Origin: Cryomorphaceae bacterium
Lineage (GTDB): Bacteria; Bacteroidota; Bacteroidia; Flavobacteriales_D; Cryomorphaceae
NCBI GenBank assembly: GCA_047632755.1
Contig: JBLIDT010000009.1
Span: 17,424-81,423 of the forward strand
Length of the DNA: 64,000 bases
Direction: 5' to 3'
The notes under the pieces are model-generated. The model was not told the DNA's origin. It saw nothing but the letters and a program-made list of their open reading frames with translations, and did no database searches. Position numbers and translations under genes: made by a program. This document shows positions 8,971 to 17,958 of the stretch, in pieces; the first letter of the stretch is position 1; every line of letters starts with the position of its first letter.

Positions 8971-10365
8971 ATGGAGTATCGAATAGAAAAAGACACGATG
9001 GGCGAGGTAAAAGTACCTGCCGACAAATACTGGGGAGCACAAACTGAGCGCTCTCGGAATAACTTTAAAATTGGCCCCGAGGCGAGTATGCCTCTGGAAG
9101 TGATTTATGGGTTTGCTTATTTGAAAAAAGCTGCTGCAATCACAAATTTCAAAGCGGGTGTTTTGGCCGAAGAGAAAATGAAACTCATTGGCGCTGTATG
9201 CGATGAGATTTTGGAAGGAAAGCACGACGAGCAATTTCCGCTGGTTATATGGCAAACGGGATCGGGAACCCAGAGCAATATGAATTGCAATGAAGTGATT
9301 GCCAATCGCGCGCAAGTATTGAGCGGCGGGCACCTCGGAGAGGGCGAACGAAAAATTCACCCGAACGATGATGTCAACAAGTCTCAATCGAGCAACGATA
9401 CCTACCCGACGGGAATGCACATCGCATCCTACAAGGTCATCGTCGAAAAGACTATTCCAGGAGTGGAGAAGCTCAGAGATGTCATCAAATCGAAGTCTGA
9501 TGAGTTTATGAACGTGGTGAAAATAGGTCGGACACACCTGATGGATGCCACGCCTTTGACTTTAGGTCAAGAGTTTAGCGGATACGTTTCTCAACTCAAC
9601 CACGGCCTTCGTGCATTGAAAAACACGTTGGCCCACCTTAGCGAATTGGCCCTTGGTGGAACGGCCGTTGGAACGGGAATCAATACGCCTAACGGCTACG
9701 CAGAAAATGTAGCGAAGGAGATTGCCGACTTAACGGGATTGCCATTTATAACTGCTGAAAACAAGTTTGAGGCTCTAGCTGCTCACGATGCGATGGTGGA
9801 GACTCATGGTGCTTTGAAGCAATTGGCAATTTCTTTGAATAAGATTGCCAATGATATTCGAATGCTGGCTTCAGGCCCTCGAAGCGGGATTGGTGAAATA
9901 ATTATCCCAGCCAATGAGCCGGGTTCATCCATAATGCCGGGTAAGGTCAATCCTACGCAATGTGAAGCGTTGACTATGGTTTGCGCCCAAGTATTTGGAA
10001 ATGATGCCGCGATAGGATTCGGTGGTGCGCAAGGGCATTACGAGCTCAATGTATTTAAACCCGTAATGGCTTCGAATTTGATTCAATCAGCCAATCTCAT
10101 TGCCGACGCTTGCGTCTCTTTTACTGATAACTGTGCCGTGGGAATAGAACCAAACTACGAAGTGATCAAACGTCACTTGAACAATTCCCTCATGCTAGTT
10201 ACCGCTTTGAATACCCATATCGGCTATGACAAATCGGCTAAGATTGCGAAGGAAGCCCACAAAAACGGCACGACATTAAAAGAAGAAGCCGTGAAGTTGG
10301 AATACCTCACGGCCGAAGAATTTGACGAGTGGGTTGATCCACTCAAAATGACGGGATTGTCTTAA
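8971..10365 (+). CDS. fumC: Class II fumarate hydratase
   Basis: 464 aa with the signature [16 protein letters not shown]. Confidence 0.95.
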   Translation: MEYRIEKDTMGEVKVPADKYWGAQTERSRNNFKIGPEASMPLEVIYGFAYLKKAAAITNFKAGVLAEEKMKLIGAVCDEILEGKHDEQFPLVIWQTGSGTQSNMNCNEVIANRAQVLSGGHLGEGERKIHPNDDVNKSQSSNDTYPTGMHIASYKVIVEKTIPGVEKLRDVIKSKSDEFMNVVKIGRTHLMDATPLTLGQEFSGYVSQLNHGLRALKNTLAHLSELALGGTAVGTGINTPNGYAENVAKEIADLTGLPFITAENKFEALAAHDAMVETHGALKQLAISLNKIANDIRMLASGPRSGIGEIIIPANEPGSSIMPGKVNPTQCEALTMVCAQVFGNDAAIGFGGAQGHYELNVFKPVMASNLIQSANLIADACVSFTDNCAVGIEPNYEVIKRHLNNSLMLVTALNTHIGYDKSAKIAKEAHKNGTTLKEEAVKLEYLTAEEFDEWVDPLKMTGLS

Positions 10366-10369
10366 TGTC

Positions 10370-11461
10370 CTAAGCGAAGTCCGCGTTCTTTCCTGTTTTC
10401 AAATCAGTTACTATTTGCTTGATGCGCTGTTCCTCTTCCTTCGGGCAGAGGAGCAGTACGTCATCAGTATCTACCAAAATGAAGTTTTCAAGGCCGTGAA
10501 TAACGACTAACTTGTGTTCAGGAACGTTGATCATATTGTCGCTGCTGTTGTAGACCACCACGTTCTTTCCAACGATTGCGTTGTGGTTTTTGTCTTTCTT
10601 TACGTGCGTAAAAAGAGAACCCCACGTTCCCAAGTCACTCCATCCAAAGTCGCTCAACACGACGTTTACGTTTTTGGCTTTCTCCATGATTCCGTAATCA
10701 AGAGATACGCTTTCGCAAACTGAATATATTTCAGCAATTTTTTCTTGTTCTTTATCTGAGTTTAACTCGGCGGCACCTTCTTCGAAAAGCTCAGTAACTT
10801 CGGGTAAGTGCTGCTTGAAAGCTTCTGTGATACTATCCAATGTCCAGATAAATATTCCTGAGTTCCAGTAAAAATCTCCGCTTTTAATAAACTCAAGCGC
10901 CAAATCTAAATCGGGCTTCTCCGTAAAGGTTTTCACCTTTTTCACTTGATCATTAACGGCATCTTTGGCATCGGTAAACTGAATGTAGCCATAGCCAGTA
11001 TCAGGTCGCGACGGTTTGATACCAAGTGTCACTAAGTTCCCGGTAGTTTGTGCTTGGTCCAGAGCAGTTTCTATGGTGGAGAAAAAGGCCTGTTCCTTCA
11101 AGATTAGGTGGTCGGATGGAGCCACAATCATTCTTGCGTTTGGATTCTTCGAGCGAATCTTTTCATTGGCATAGGCCACGCAAGGAGCCGTATTTCTGCG
11201 AGATGGCTCGCAAAGAATTTGATCATAATCAATGCCATCAAGCTGCTCTTTTACCAATTCTCGGTACTGCTCGTTGGTTACGATGTAGATGTTCTCCTTT
11301 GGGCAAATGTGAAGAAAGCGCTCAAAAGTTTGCTGAATGAGGGTGCTACCTGTTCCCAAAATATCGTGAAACTGCTTGGGGTAGGAAGTGCGGCTCATTG
11401 GCCAAAATCGGCTACCGATTCCTCCTGCCATTATGACGCAGTAATTGTCTTTGTTTACCAT
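10370..11461 (-). CDS. Mannose-1-phosphate guanylyltransferase (nucleotidyltransferase family)
   Basis: 363 aa. N-terminal VIMAGGIGSRFWPMSR nucleotidyl-transferase motif and overall GMP-like layout. Confidence 0.85.
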   Translation of the reverse strand: MVNKDNYCVIMAGGIGSRFWPMSRTSYPKQFHDILGTGSTLIQQTFERFLHICPKENIYIVTNEQYRELVKEQLDGIDYDQILCEPSRRNTAPCVAYANEKIRSKNPNARMIVAPSDHLILKEQAFFSTIETALDQAQTTGNLVTLGIKPSRPDTGYGYIQFTDAKDAVNDQVKKVKTFTEKPDLDLALEFIKSGDFYWNSGIFIWTLDSITEAFKQHLPEVTELFEEGAAELNSDKEQEKIAEIYSVCESVSLDYGIMEKAKNVNVVLSDFGWSDLGTWGSLFTHVKKDKNHNAIVGKNVVVYNSSDNMINVPEHKLVVIHGLENFILVDTDDVLLLCPKEEEQRIKQIVTDLKTGKNADFA

Positions 11462-11685
11462 GGATTATTCGTTCTAAGTTGTTGACGTAAAATCGTTTCC
11501 CGAGAATAGTTAAGTGCGAGGCTTAAATTTAGCAGTCGCGAAAGTAAGCCATAATTTGAAAAGATGCAGATATCCCGTGTTACTAATATAGAGTCTGTCA
11601 TATAGTCGAGGGTCTGAGCTAGAGAGTTCATAAGCAAGTTTCCAAACCAAGCAAAAGGTGTGATAGCGCACTTTATAGCCAGGCT

Positions 11686-12312
11686 TTAAAGGGTAGCCAA
11701 GGGATTTACCTTAGCCCTGGATGAGATGAGGTATTGCTTGCCATCCGTCACGCGGCGACAAAGTATTCGCGTTCGCCTGAGGAGAGTATATTGGTAAATA
11801 TCACCTCTGAATTCGAATTGATCGTTTGGGGAAAGGGTCCCTAAGAATTCACCTTCTTCCGAATCGTATTCGGCGAGTGCGCGGCTCAAAATGGGGCAAG
11901 AACAACTCGATGCCTTGGGCCGTGAGATGTGGAGGTTAAGTGATTTTGTGAGGTCTGGAGGAAAAATTTGTTTGTCCACAAATAGCTTCAGCATTTTGGT
12001 GTAGATGCCTTTCCATTCCTGGCCATGAGGAGCTGCTTTTTGGCCATGTTTCAAGTAGCATCCTAAATGCGCGAACTCATGAATAGTGGTGATGAGAAAC
12101 GAGTAGGGGTGAAGATCTGCGTTCACCGAAATTCGTGGCGCTTTCCCGTTGAGGCCAGGCCTGAAATCTCCAAGCTTGGTTTGTCTCGGTTTTGAAATGA
12201 CGAACACCACGTTAAGCTCGACGATCCAGTTAGCGATTACCGCAGCAGTCCCTTTCGGTACTTTTGGCGAAAGTTTTTTTTCAAAGTGAAGAATTGCCTC
12301 ATTGGACGCCAT
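11686..12312 (-). CDS. SprT-like zinc metallopeptidase domain protein
   Basis: HEFAH motif (TIHEFAHLGCY) and a Cys-rich C-terminal part. The ORF track start at 12324 is GTG; the first ATG (MASNEAILHF) is at 12312. Confidence 0.75.
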   Translation of the reverse strand: MASNEAILHFEKKLSPKVPKGTAAVIANWIVELNVVFVISKPRQTKLGDFRPGLNGKAPRISVNADLHPYSFLITTIHEFAHLGCYLKHGQKAAPHGQEWKGIYTKMLKLFVDKQIFPPDLTKSLNLHISRPKASSCSCPILSRALAEYDSEEGEFLGTLSPNDQFEFRGDIYQYTLLRRTRILCRRVTDGKQYLISSRAKVNPLATL

Positions 12313-12316
12313 AGTC

Positions 12317-12463
12317 TTAGGCACGGCAGATTATTTGTGCGGAAGCGAGCTCACTCGTCCATTTCGGACAGGTGTCGCATTTCTTCTTTTTATTTGCGGT
12401 ACACGATGATGCTATTGCGGCCATTGCTATTGCAATTGAGGCAATGAGAAGTCTCTTTTTCAT
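12317..12463 (-). CDS. Candidate small lipoprotein (48 aa)
   Basis: Below the ORF-track size cutoff. Hand translation gives MKKRLLIASIAIAMAAIASSCTANKKKKCDTCPKWTSELASAQIICRA. It has a signal peptide with a lipobox-like IASSC, and its stop lies 5 nt before the SprT-like ATG. Confidence 0.35.
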   Translation of the reverse strand: MKKRLLIASIAIAMAAIASSCTANKKKKCDTCPKWTSELASAQIICRA

Positions 12464-12549
12464 TTGAATTCAAAATTAGAAAAAATTGCAGTTAATACTT
12501 TCCGTGATCGCAGGTGTTCCTTATCAACGTCTGAGTCGGAAAATTAATT

Positions 12550-13341
12550 TTGTCCTTTAGCGTTCGATTTGATCGAGCACCTTACCTTTATTCGCAAGAG
12601 TTGAACTTACTTTTTCACATAGGGCAGTACTTTACTTTGATCTGGCGAAGCTTTTCTCGACCCGAGAAATTTTCGATCTATCGAAAACAATTCGTGCAAG
12701 AGATTGACAGTATTGGATTGAGCTCCATTGGTATTGTGGCGCTGATGTCCGTATTTATGGGCGCAGTAATAGCCTTGCAAACGGCTTCGAATATGGACAG
12801 TCCTTTGCTGCCAGCTTACACGGTAGGATTCACCGCAAGACAGTCGATTATCTTGGAGTTTTCTCCCACCATTATTGCACTGATACTAGCGGGTAAGGTG
12901 GGTAGTAATATCGCCTCTGAAATAGGCACAATGCGTGTTACAGAGCAGATTGATGCCTTGGATATAATGGGTGTTAATTCCGCAGCATATCTCATTTTGC
13001 CAAAGGTACTCGCAGGACTTTTCATTTTTCCATTCCTGATTACCATCTCTATGTTTTTAGGGATTTTCGGAGGTTGGTTCGTTTGTATTTCTACTGGGGT
13101 TGTTTCTTCAAATGACTACATCTACGGAATCCAATATGATTTCCAGCCTTTTGATGTGTTCTATGCGCTAATCAAAACAGTGATCTTTGCTTTTATCATT
13201 ACTACCGTTGCTTCGTACCACGGCTATTTCGCCAAAGGAAGTGCCTTGGAGGTAGGTCGAAGTAGCACGAAAGCGGTGGTTTACAGCAGTATCTTGATTC
13301 TGATTTTCAATTATATAGTCACCCAACTTCTACTGATTTGA
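12550..13341 (+). CDS. mlaE: MlaE-family ABC transporter permease
   Basis: 263 aa with the MlaE hallmark EIGTMRVTEQIDALDIMGVN. Only a TTG start is available at 12550, so the start is uncertain. Confidence 0.85.
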   Translation: MSFSVRFDRAPYLYSQELNLLFHIGQYFTLIWRSFSRPEKFSIYRKQFVQEIDSIGLSSIGIVALMSVFMGAVIALQTASNMDSPLLPAYTVGFTARQSIILEFSPTIIALILAGKVGSNIASEIGTMRVTEQIDALDIMGVNSAAYLILPKVLAGLFIFPFLITISMFLGIFGGWFVCISTGVVSSNDYIYGIQYDFQPFDVFYALIKTVIFAFIITTVASYHGYFAKGSALEVGRSSTKAVVYSSILILIFNYIVTQLLLI

Positions 13342-14096
13342 TTGAGGTTAAGAACCTGTATAAGTCCTTTGGAGACACAGAGGTGTTGACCGATATCAGC
13401 TTCACTTTCTTGAAAGGAAAAGTGAATATGATCATTGGCCAAAGTGGAAGCGGTAAGTCCGTATTGACGAAGTGTATAGTGGGTCTCCACCAACCCGATC
13501 AAGGAGAAGTTCTCTTTGATGGACAAAACTTCTTGCAATTACCGCTGGAAGAGAAAAAGGAAATCAGGAAGAACATTGGAATGTTATTCCAAGCCAGTGC
13601 TCTTTTTGATAGTATGACTGTTGAAGAAAATATCAGCTTCCCTTTGAGAATGTTCACGAATAACACAGCGGGAGAAATTAAGAGCCGTGTCGATGAATGT
13701 CTTGAAAGAGTGAACCTTGTTGGTAAGAATGATCTCTATCCCGGCGAAACCAGCGGAGGAATGCAGAAACGAATAGGCATTGCCAGAGCAATCGCTATGA
13801 AGCCCGCTTATCTTTTTTGCGACGAACCGAATTCAGGACTTGATCCTCAAACAGCCATCGTTATTGACAACTTAATTCACGAGATCACCTACGAGATGGA
13901 CATTACGACTATCGTGATCACGCATGACATGAATTCTGTAATCGAGATTGGAGATCATATCATGTTCGTTTACAAAGGAAAGAAGTGGTGGTCGGGTGAT
14001 AAGCAGGATATTCTTCGTTCGAAGAACAATGAACTCAATGACTTTGTGTACGCCTCGAAGTTTATGAAAACTCTTCGCGAGAAACTCAATTCTTAA
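13338..14096 (+). CDS. ABC transporter ATP-binding protein (MlaF-like)
   Basis: Walker A GQSGSGKS, signature SGGMQKRIGIARA, Walker B LFCDEPNSGLD. The TTG start overlaps the mlaE stop (TTGA). Confidence 0.88.
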   Translation: MIEVKNLYKSFGDTEVLTDISFTFLKGKVNMIIGQSGSGKSVLTKCIVGLHQPDQGEVLFDGQNFLQLPLEEKKEIRKNIGMLFQASALFDSMTVEENISFPLRMFTNNTAGEIKSRVDECLERVNLVGKNDLYPGETSGGMQKRIGIARAIAMKPAYLFCDEPNSGLDPQTAIVIDNLIHEITYEMDITTIVITHDMNSVIEIGDHIMFVYKGKKWWSGDKQDILRSKNNELNDFVYASKFMKTLREKLNS

Positions 14097-14231
14097 AAAG
14101 AGGTAAATCCGTTTTTCCCACTTGTTTCTTTGCAGTGCATCATAGTTCTTATTGTCGCAATGTTGACTTCATAGTGGAATGATTAAATTCGTTTGAATTC
14201 GTCTCCTATTTATTCATCTTAATAAATTGCT

Positions 14232-17200
14232 ATGTTAAAAACCGCATTGAATTGCTTGGTTGCTTTTTTAGTCTTTCAGACTATCTCTATTGTTTCCAAT
14301 GCTCAGGAAGTGGGCGATACCATTGTAGTACAAACATTGGATTACAACAGCACAACTCGAGATACAATGGTCGTCTTTCCTGATTTTTCTGGGCTGACCT
14401 TCGAAAAGGTGTTGATGCGCTACAATATGCGCTGTAAGGATGCCGCCGTGAATACAACTGGAGGAAATAACGTAGCATGCGGAGAATGGGATTATAGCTG
14501 CAACACTTACCTAACCGATTCTACCAGAACCGACTCTCTGGGAACTATCCATCCCGATTTTATCATTACTGGATTTAGTGGGAGTACATACGATTATACC
14601 ACAGTGCCCACCTATTCCTATTACCAAGCTACCCAAGAAGAAGTCACTTATACGGAGGTAATGTCTGAAGTTGTTTCAGAAATAGGCAGCGGAAGTATGT
14701 CAGATGAAACCCCCTTGAACAACGACTTGGGAGACGCCAAGTCTCAGTATCTCTACACGGCCGACGAATTAACGCAGGGTGGTCTTTCGGCTGGGATGAT
14801 CACTGGTTTGAGCATGGACATCGGCTCTATAGGAAATGAAATTGCCAATCTTCGCATTGCCATTAAAGAAACCAGTGCCGCTGAGCTCGATCCCCTTAGT
14901 CCTGAATTGGAAGGATTTGCGAATGTGTATTACCTCAATACCACATTTGAGGCTATTGGCGAGCATCAGTTCAATCTCAGTACTGAATTTGATTGGGACG
15001 GAATCAGCAACTTGATCGTCCAATTTTCCTACGAAGATGCCGTGGGCACTGGATCTGAGGTGCTTTCTGAAAGCATAGAAAACCTCGGGATAGCGTCTTC
15101 ATCCGATGATTATTACCTCGATTTCAACGGTGACTCTTACGTGGAAATAGCCAACGACTTTCCAACGGTAGCAGATCAAATTACGATCTCTTGCTGGGTG
15201 TATGGAAACGAAGATATTATGCCGACCAGCTCTACTCTCTTTGAAGGAAGAGACCTGGATAATAATCGCCAAGTAAATGCACACCTTCCTTGGAGCAATA
15301 GCCGGGTTTACTGGGATTGTGGAAACGATGGAAGTGGGTATGATCGGATTGACAAAGAGGCCTCAGTGGAGAACTTTGCAGGTAAATGGAACCATTGGGC
15401 ATTTACCAAGAATGCCACGACTGGAAGCATGAAGATGTACCTCAATGGATCTTTGTGGCATTCGGGAAACGGAAAAACAAAACTCATCGATCTTCAAGAG
15501 TTGAGAATCGGGCGATCCATTACTTGGACCAATACCTACTTTGGAAAAGTTGATGAATTTCGTGTTTGGAATACTGAATTGTCGGCAAGTGAAATTGCTG
15601 ATTACATGTATACTTCAGTAACAGAGGCTCACCCTAGTTACAATCACCTCTTGGCCTATTATACGTTTGATGAGGGTGCGGGAGTCATCGCTGGTGACTT
15701 AACAGAAGGTCATGAAGGTACTTTGGTAGCTGCGCCACTTTGGCGGCAAAATGAAGGGCGGGAGATTAAGAAGGACTTCTCCGCTTTGGCCGAGAGGCCA
15801 AATATGAAAGTGATTCAAGGAGAATACGTCACCTCCGTTTCTGAAACAGTCGTTTTAGACTCTATAGTCAATGCGGTAAATACGGTTACGGGCTTCGGTC
15901 TTGATGGGACTGATCTAGAAGAGATCAGTGTGAACACTTATTATGAAGCAGGCGAGATGCCAATCGTCGATGAATCTGGAGAACAAGTAGGAACGGTTAA
16001 TGCACCTGCGGAGAACTCTATTGAGATTGGTGAATTGTTCTACTACCGCAAGTTCCCTATGAAGTACGAGATCATGTCTTTCGTAACGCCTTACGGAATT
16101 GGTCTGGATATGACGCCTGTCGGCAAAACCTGGACTTTTGATTTGACGGATTTCGTTCCTATTCTGAACGGATCAAAACGAATGACCATGGAAAGGGGAG
16201 GACAATGGCAGGAAGAAATGGATATCCAATTCCTTTTTATAGTAGGCACGCCGCCAAGAGAGGTGATAGATGTTCAGCAGATTTGGAAAGTTGACCAGCG
16301 AAGCTACGCCTCCATTTCTGACGATACATACTTCCCGCCAAGAGATGTGATGACTAATGCCGAAGGGTCTCAGTTTAAAATAAGATCTTCCATTACTGGA
16401 CATGGTCAGCAAGGGGAGTTCATTCCACGAACCCATTACGTCGATATAGCAGGTGGAAGCAATGAATTCTCATGGCAAGTTTGGAAAGAGTGTGCCGCAA
16501 ATCCTCTTTATCCCCAAGGAGGTACTTGGATTTATGACCGAGCTGGGTGGTGTCCTGGAATGGCCACTGATGTTCAGGAATTTGACATTACCTCTATGGT
16601 CACTCCTGGCCAGGCTGTTAATATTGAGTATGGTATGAACAGCGCTACGGGAGATTCTAGATACATCGTAAATCATCAATTGGTGACGTACGGTGAAAAT
16701 AATTTTGACCTGGATGCTACTCTTGTAGAAGTGAGAAAACCTTCGGATAACTTTGAGTTTGATCGCTTCGGAACGATTTGTCACTCTCCTGAAGTAGTCA
16801 TTCGCAATACTGGAAATGAGACCTTGACTTCTATCACCATTACTTACTGGGTGAACAGTGCTCCGACGCCTGAAACATTTATTTGGACGGGTTCTCTTGA
16901 TTTCCTTGAATCGGAGACAGTGGTGTTGCCCGCTCCAGCCACGCTCTGGGAGAGTGTGACGCCAGCTGACAACGTTTTTCATGCTTCCTTATCCTTACCG
17001 AATGGGGGTGCTGACGAGTACGCGTTCAATAACTCCTATCAATCTTCTTTCCGAATTCCCGAAGTTGTACCAAATCACTTTCTCATTTTATTCGTTACAA
17101 ACAGCCAACCAAACGAGAATGACTACCAACTAAAAGACGACAATGGAAATGTGATTTTCGAACGCGACAATATGGACCCGAATTCTTTATACCGCGACAC

Positions 17201-17660
17201 GCTTCAACTCGGCATTGGTTGTTACAGCCTGCAAGTGAACGACTCTGATGATGATGGGGTTAATTTCTGGGCAAACAGTGATGGAAACGGTTCAGTAAGG
17301 CTAAAAGAAGTTGGAGGGCCTACTTTCAAATACTTTGAGGGAGATTTTGGAGACGATATCTACTACGAGTTTACCATTGACTATCCGCTTACTTTCGATG
17401 AGGTAGCTGGAAAACATGAATTCGAAGTTTTTCCCAACCCGACTAATGATCAGCTGAGTTTATTGCTCGAGGGCTTTGATACTGCTGTTTTAATTCGTGT
17501 TTACAATTCTCTGGGGCAATTGGTGCTTTCGAAAAATGTCGGTACAGGAGCAATTGCAGCGCCAAGCAATTTGTCAATGAAAAGTCTGGAATCAGGGGTA
17601 TATGTGATCCAAGCTACGGACGGATCGAGAATGGCCACCCAAAGAGTAGTGAAAGAATAA
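14232..17660 (+). CDS. Secreted PNGase F-like protein with an inserted LamG/ConA-like domain and a T9SS C-terminal sorting domain
   Basis: 1142 aa with a signal peptide. PNGase F-like motifs: CGEWDYSCNTYL (cf. CDEWDRYANVYV), FVTPYGIG…TFDLTDF, SSITGHGQQGEF, CAANPLYPQGGTWIYDRAGWCPGMA (cf. NWAPDRAGWCPGMA). LamG-like block: ITISCWVYG…WNHWAFTK…MYLNGSL…GKVDEFRVWN. CTD: VFPNPTNDQLSLLL…GVYVIQATDG. Confidence 0.8.
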   Translation: MLKTALNCLVAFLVFQTISIVSNAQEVGDTIVVQTLDYNSTTRDTMVVFPDFSGLTFEKVLMRYNMRCKDAAVNTTGGNNVACGEWDYSCNTYLTDSTRTDSLGTIHPDFIITGFSGSTYDYTTVPTYSYYQATQEEVTYTEVMSEVVSEIGSGSMSDETPLNNDLGDAKSQYLYTADELTQGGLSAGMITGLSMDIGSIGNEIANLRIAIKETSAAELDPLSPELEGFANVYYLNTTFEAIGEHQFNLSTEFDWDGISNLIVQFSYEDAVGTGSEVLSESIENLGIASSSDDYYLDFNGDSYVEIANDFPTVADQITISCWVYGNEDIMPTSSTLFEGRDLDNNRQVNAHLPWSNSRVYWDCGNDGSGYDRIDKEASVENFAGKWNHWAFTKNATTGSMKMYLNGSLWHSGNGKTKLIDLQELRIGRSITWTNTYFGKVDEFRVWNTELSASEIADYMYTSVTEAHPSYNHLLAYYTFDEGAGVIAGDLTEGHEGTLVAAPLWRQNEGREIKKDFSALAERPNMKVIQGEYVTSVSETVVLDSIVNAVNTVTGFGLDGTDLEEISVNTYYEAGEMPIVDESGEQVGTVNAPAENSIEIGELFYYRKFPMKYEIMSFVTPYGIGLDMTPVGKTWTFDLTDFVPILNGSKRMTMERGGQWQEEMDIQFLFIVGTPPREVIDVQQIWKVDQRSYASISDDTYFPPRDVMTNAEGSQFKIRSSITGHGQQGEFIPRTHYVDIAGGSNEFSWQVWKECAANPLYPQGGTWIYDRAGWCPGMATDVQEFDITSMVTPGQAVNIEYGMNSATGDSRYIVNHQLVTYGENNFDLDATLVEVRKPSDNFEFDRFGTICHSPEVVIRNTGNETLTSITITYWVNSAPTPETFIWTGSLDFLESETVVLPAPATLWESVTPADNVFHASLSLPNGGADEYAFNNSYQSSFRIPEVVPNHFLILFVTNSQPNENDYQLKDDNGNVIFERDNMDPNSLYRDTLQLGIGCYSLQVNDSDDDGVNFWANSDGNGSVRLKEVGGPTFKYFEGDFGDDIYYEFTIDYPLTFDEVAGKHEFEVFPNPTNDQLSLLLEGFDTAVLIRVYNSLGQLVLSKNVGTGAIAAPSNLSMKSLESGVYVIQATDGSRMATQRVVKE

Positions 17661-17690
17661 GTTTCTAAGGAAGCCTGATTTTTATTCAAA

Positions 17691-17723
17691 GGGAACTATC
17701 GACATCAGGTAGTTCCCTTTTTT
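17691..17723 (+). terminator. Rho-independent terminator after the PNGase F-like gene
   Basis: Stem gggaacta / tagttccc (8 bp), an 11-nt loop, then tttttt. Confidence 0.75.
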
Positions 17724-17904
17724 ATGTGCTGACGGTTGCTGCTTCGGTTTTTCTTTCGACACGACCTCATTTTGATTGGCTCAGTTCTTTCTACTTTCTT
17801 GATGTGAATACCCCCGTTTGGCAGACAGCTAAGCCTGTGTGAGTAGGACCTTACCCCACACTTCAAACCATTTGGGAGAATACTTTCAGGACAATTTATA
17901 GCAC

Positions 17905-17936
17905 AAAAAAACCCCGATGCAGCGCATCGGGGTTTT
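17905..17936 (-). terminator. Rho-independent terminator of T9SS paralog 1 (A-tract/T-tract on both sides)
   Basis: aaaaaaa ccccgatgc agc gcatcgggg tttt. On the minus strand the 9-bp GC-rich stem is followed by ttttttt. Confidence 0.8.
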
Positions 17937-17958
17937 GATTGAAACAAGTTTCAACTGA

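Noticed and set aside
11455-11637. 60-aa minus-strand ORF upstream of the guanylyltransferase gene; the 224-bp spacer was also considered as a possible ncRNA.
   Set aside because: The ORF overlaps the start of the gene at 10370-11461 and has no signal or motif. I could not find a stable hairpin or a known RNA motif in the spacer.
17705-17947. 80-aa minus-strand ORF between the convergent T9SS genes.
   Set aside because: It spans two terminator hairpins, has a Cys/Arg/Lys-rich low-complexity composition, and has no start context.
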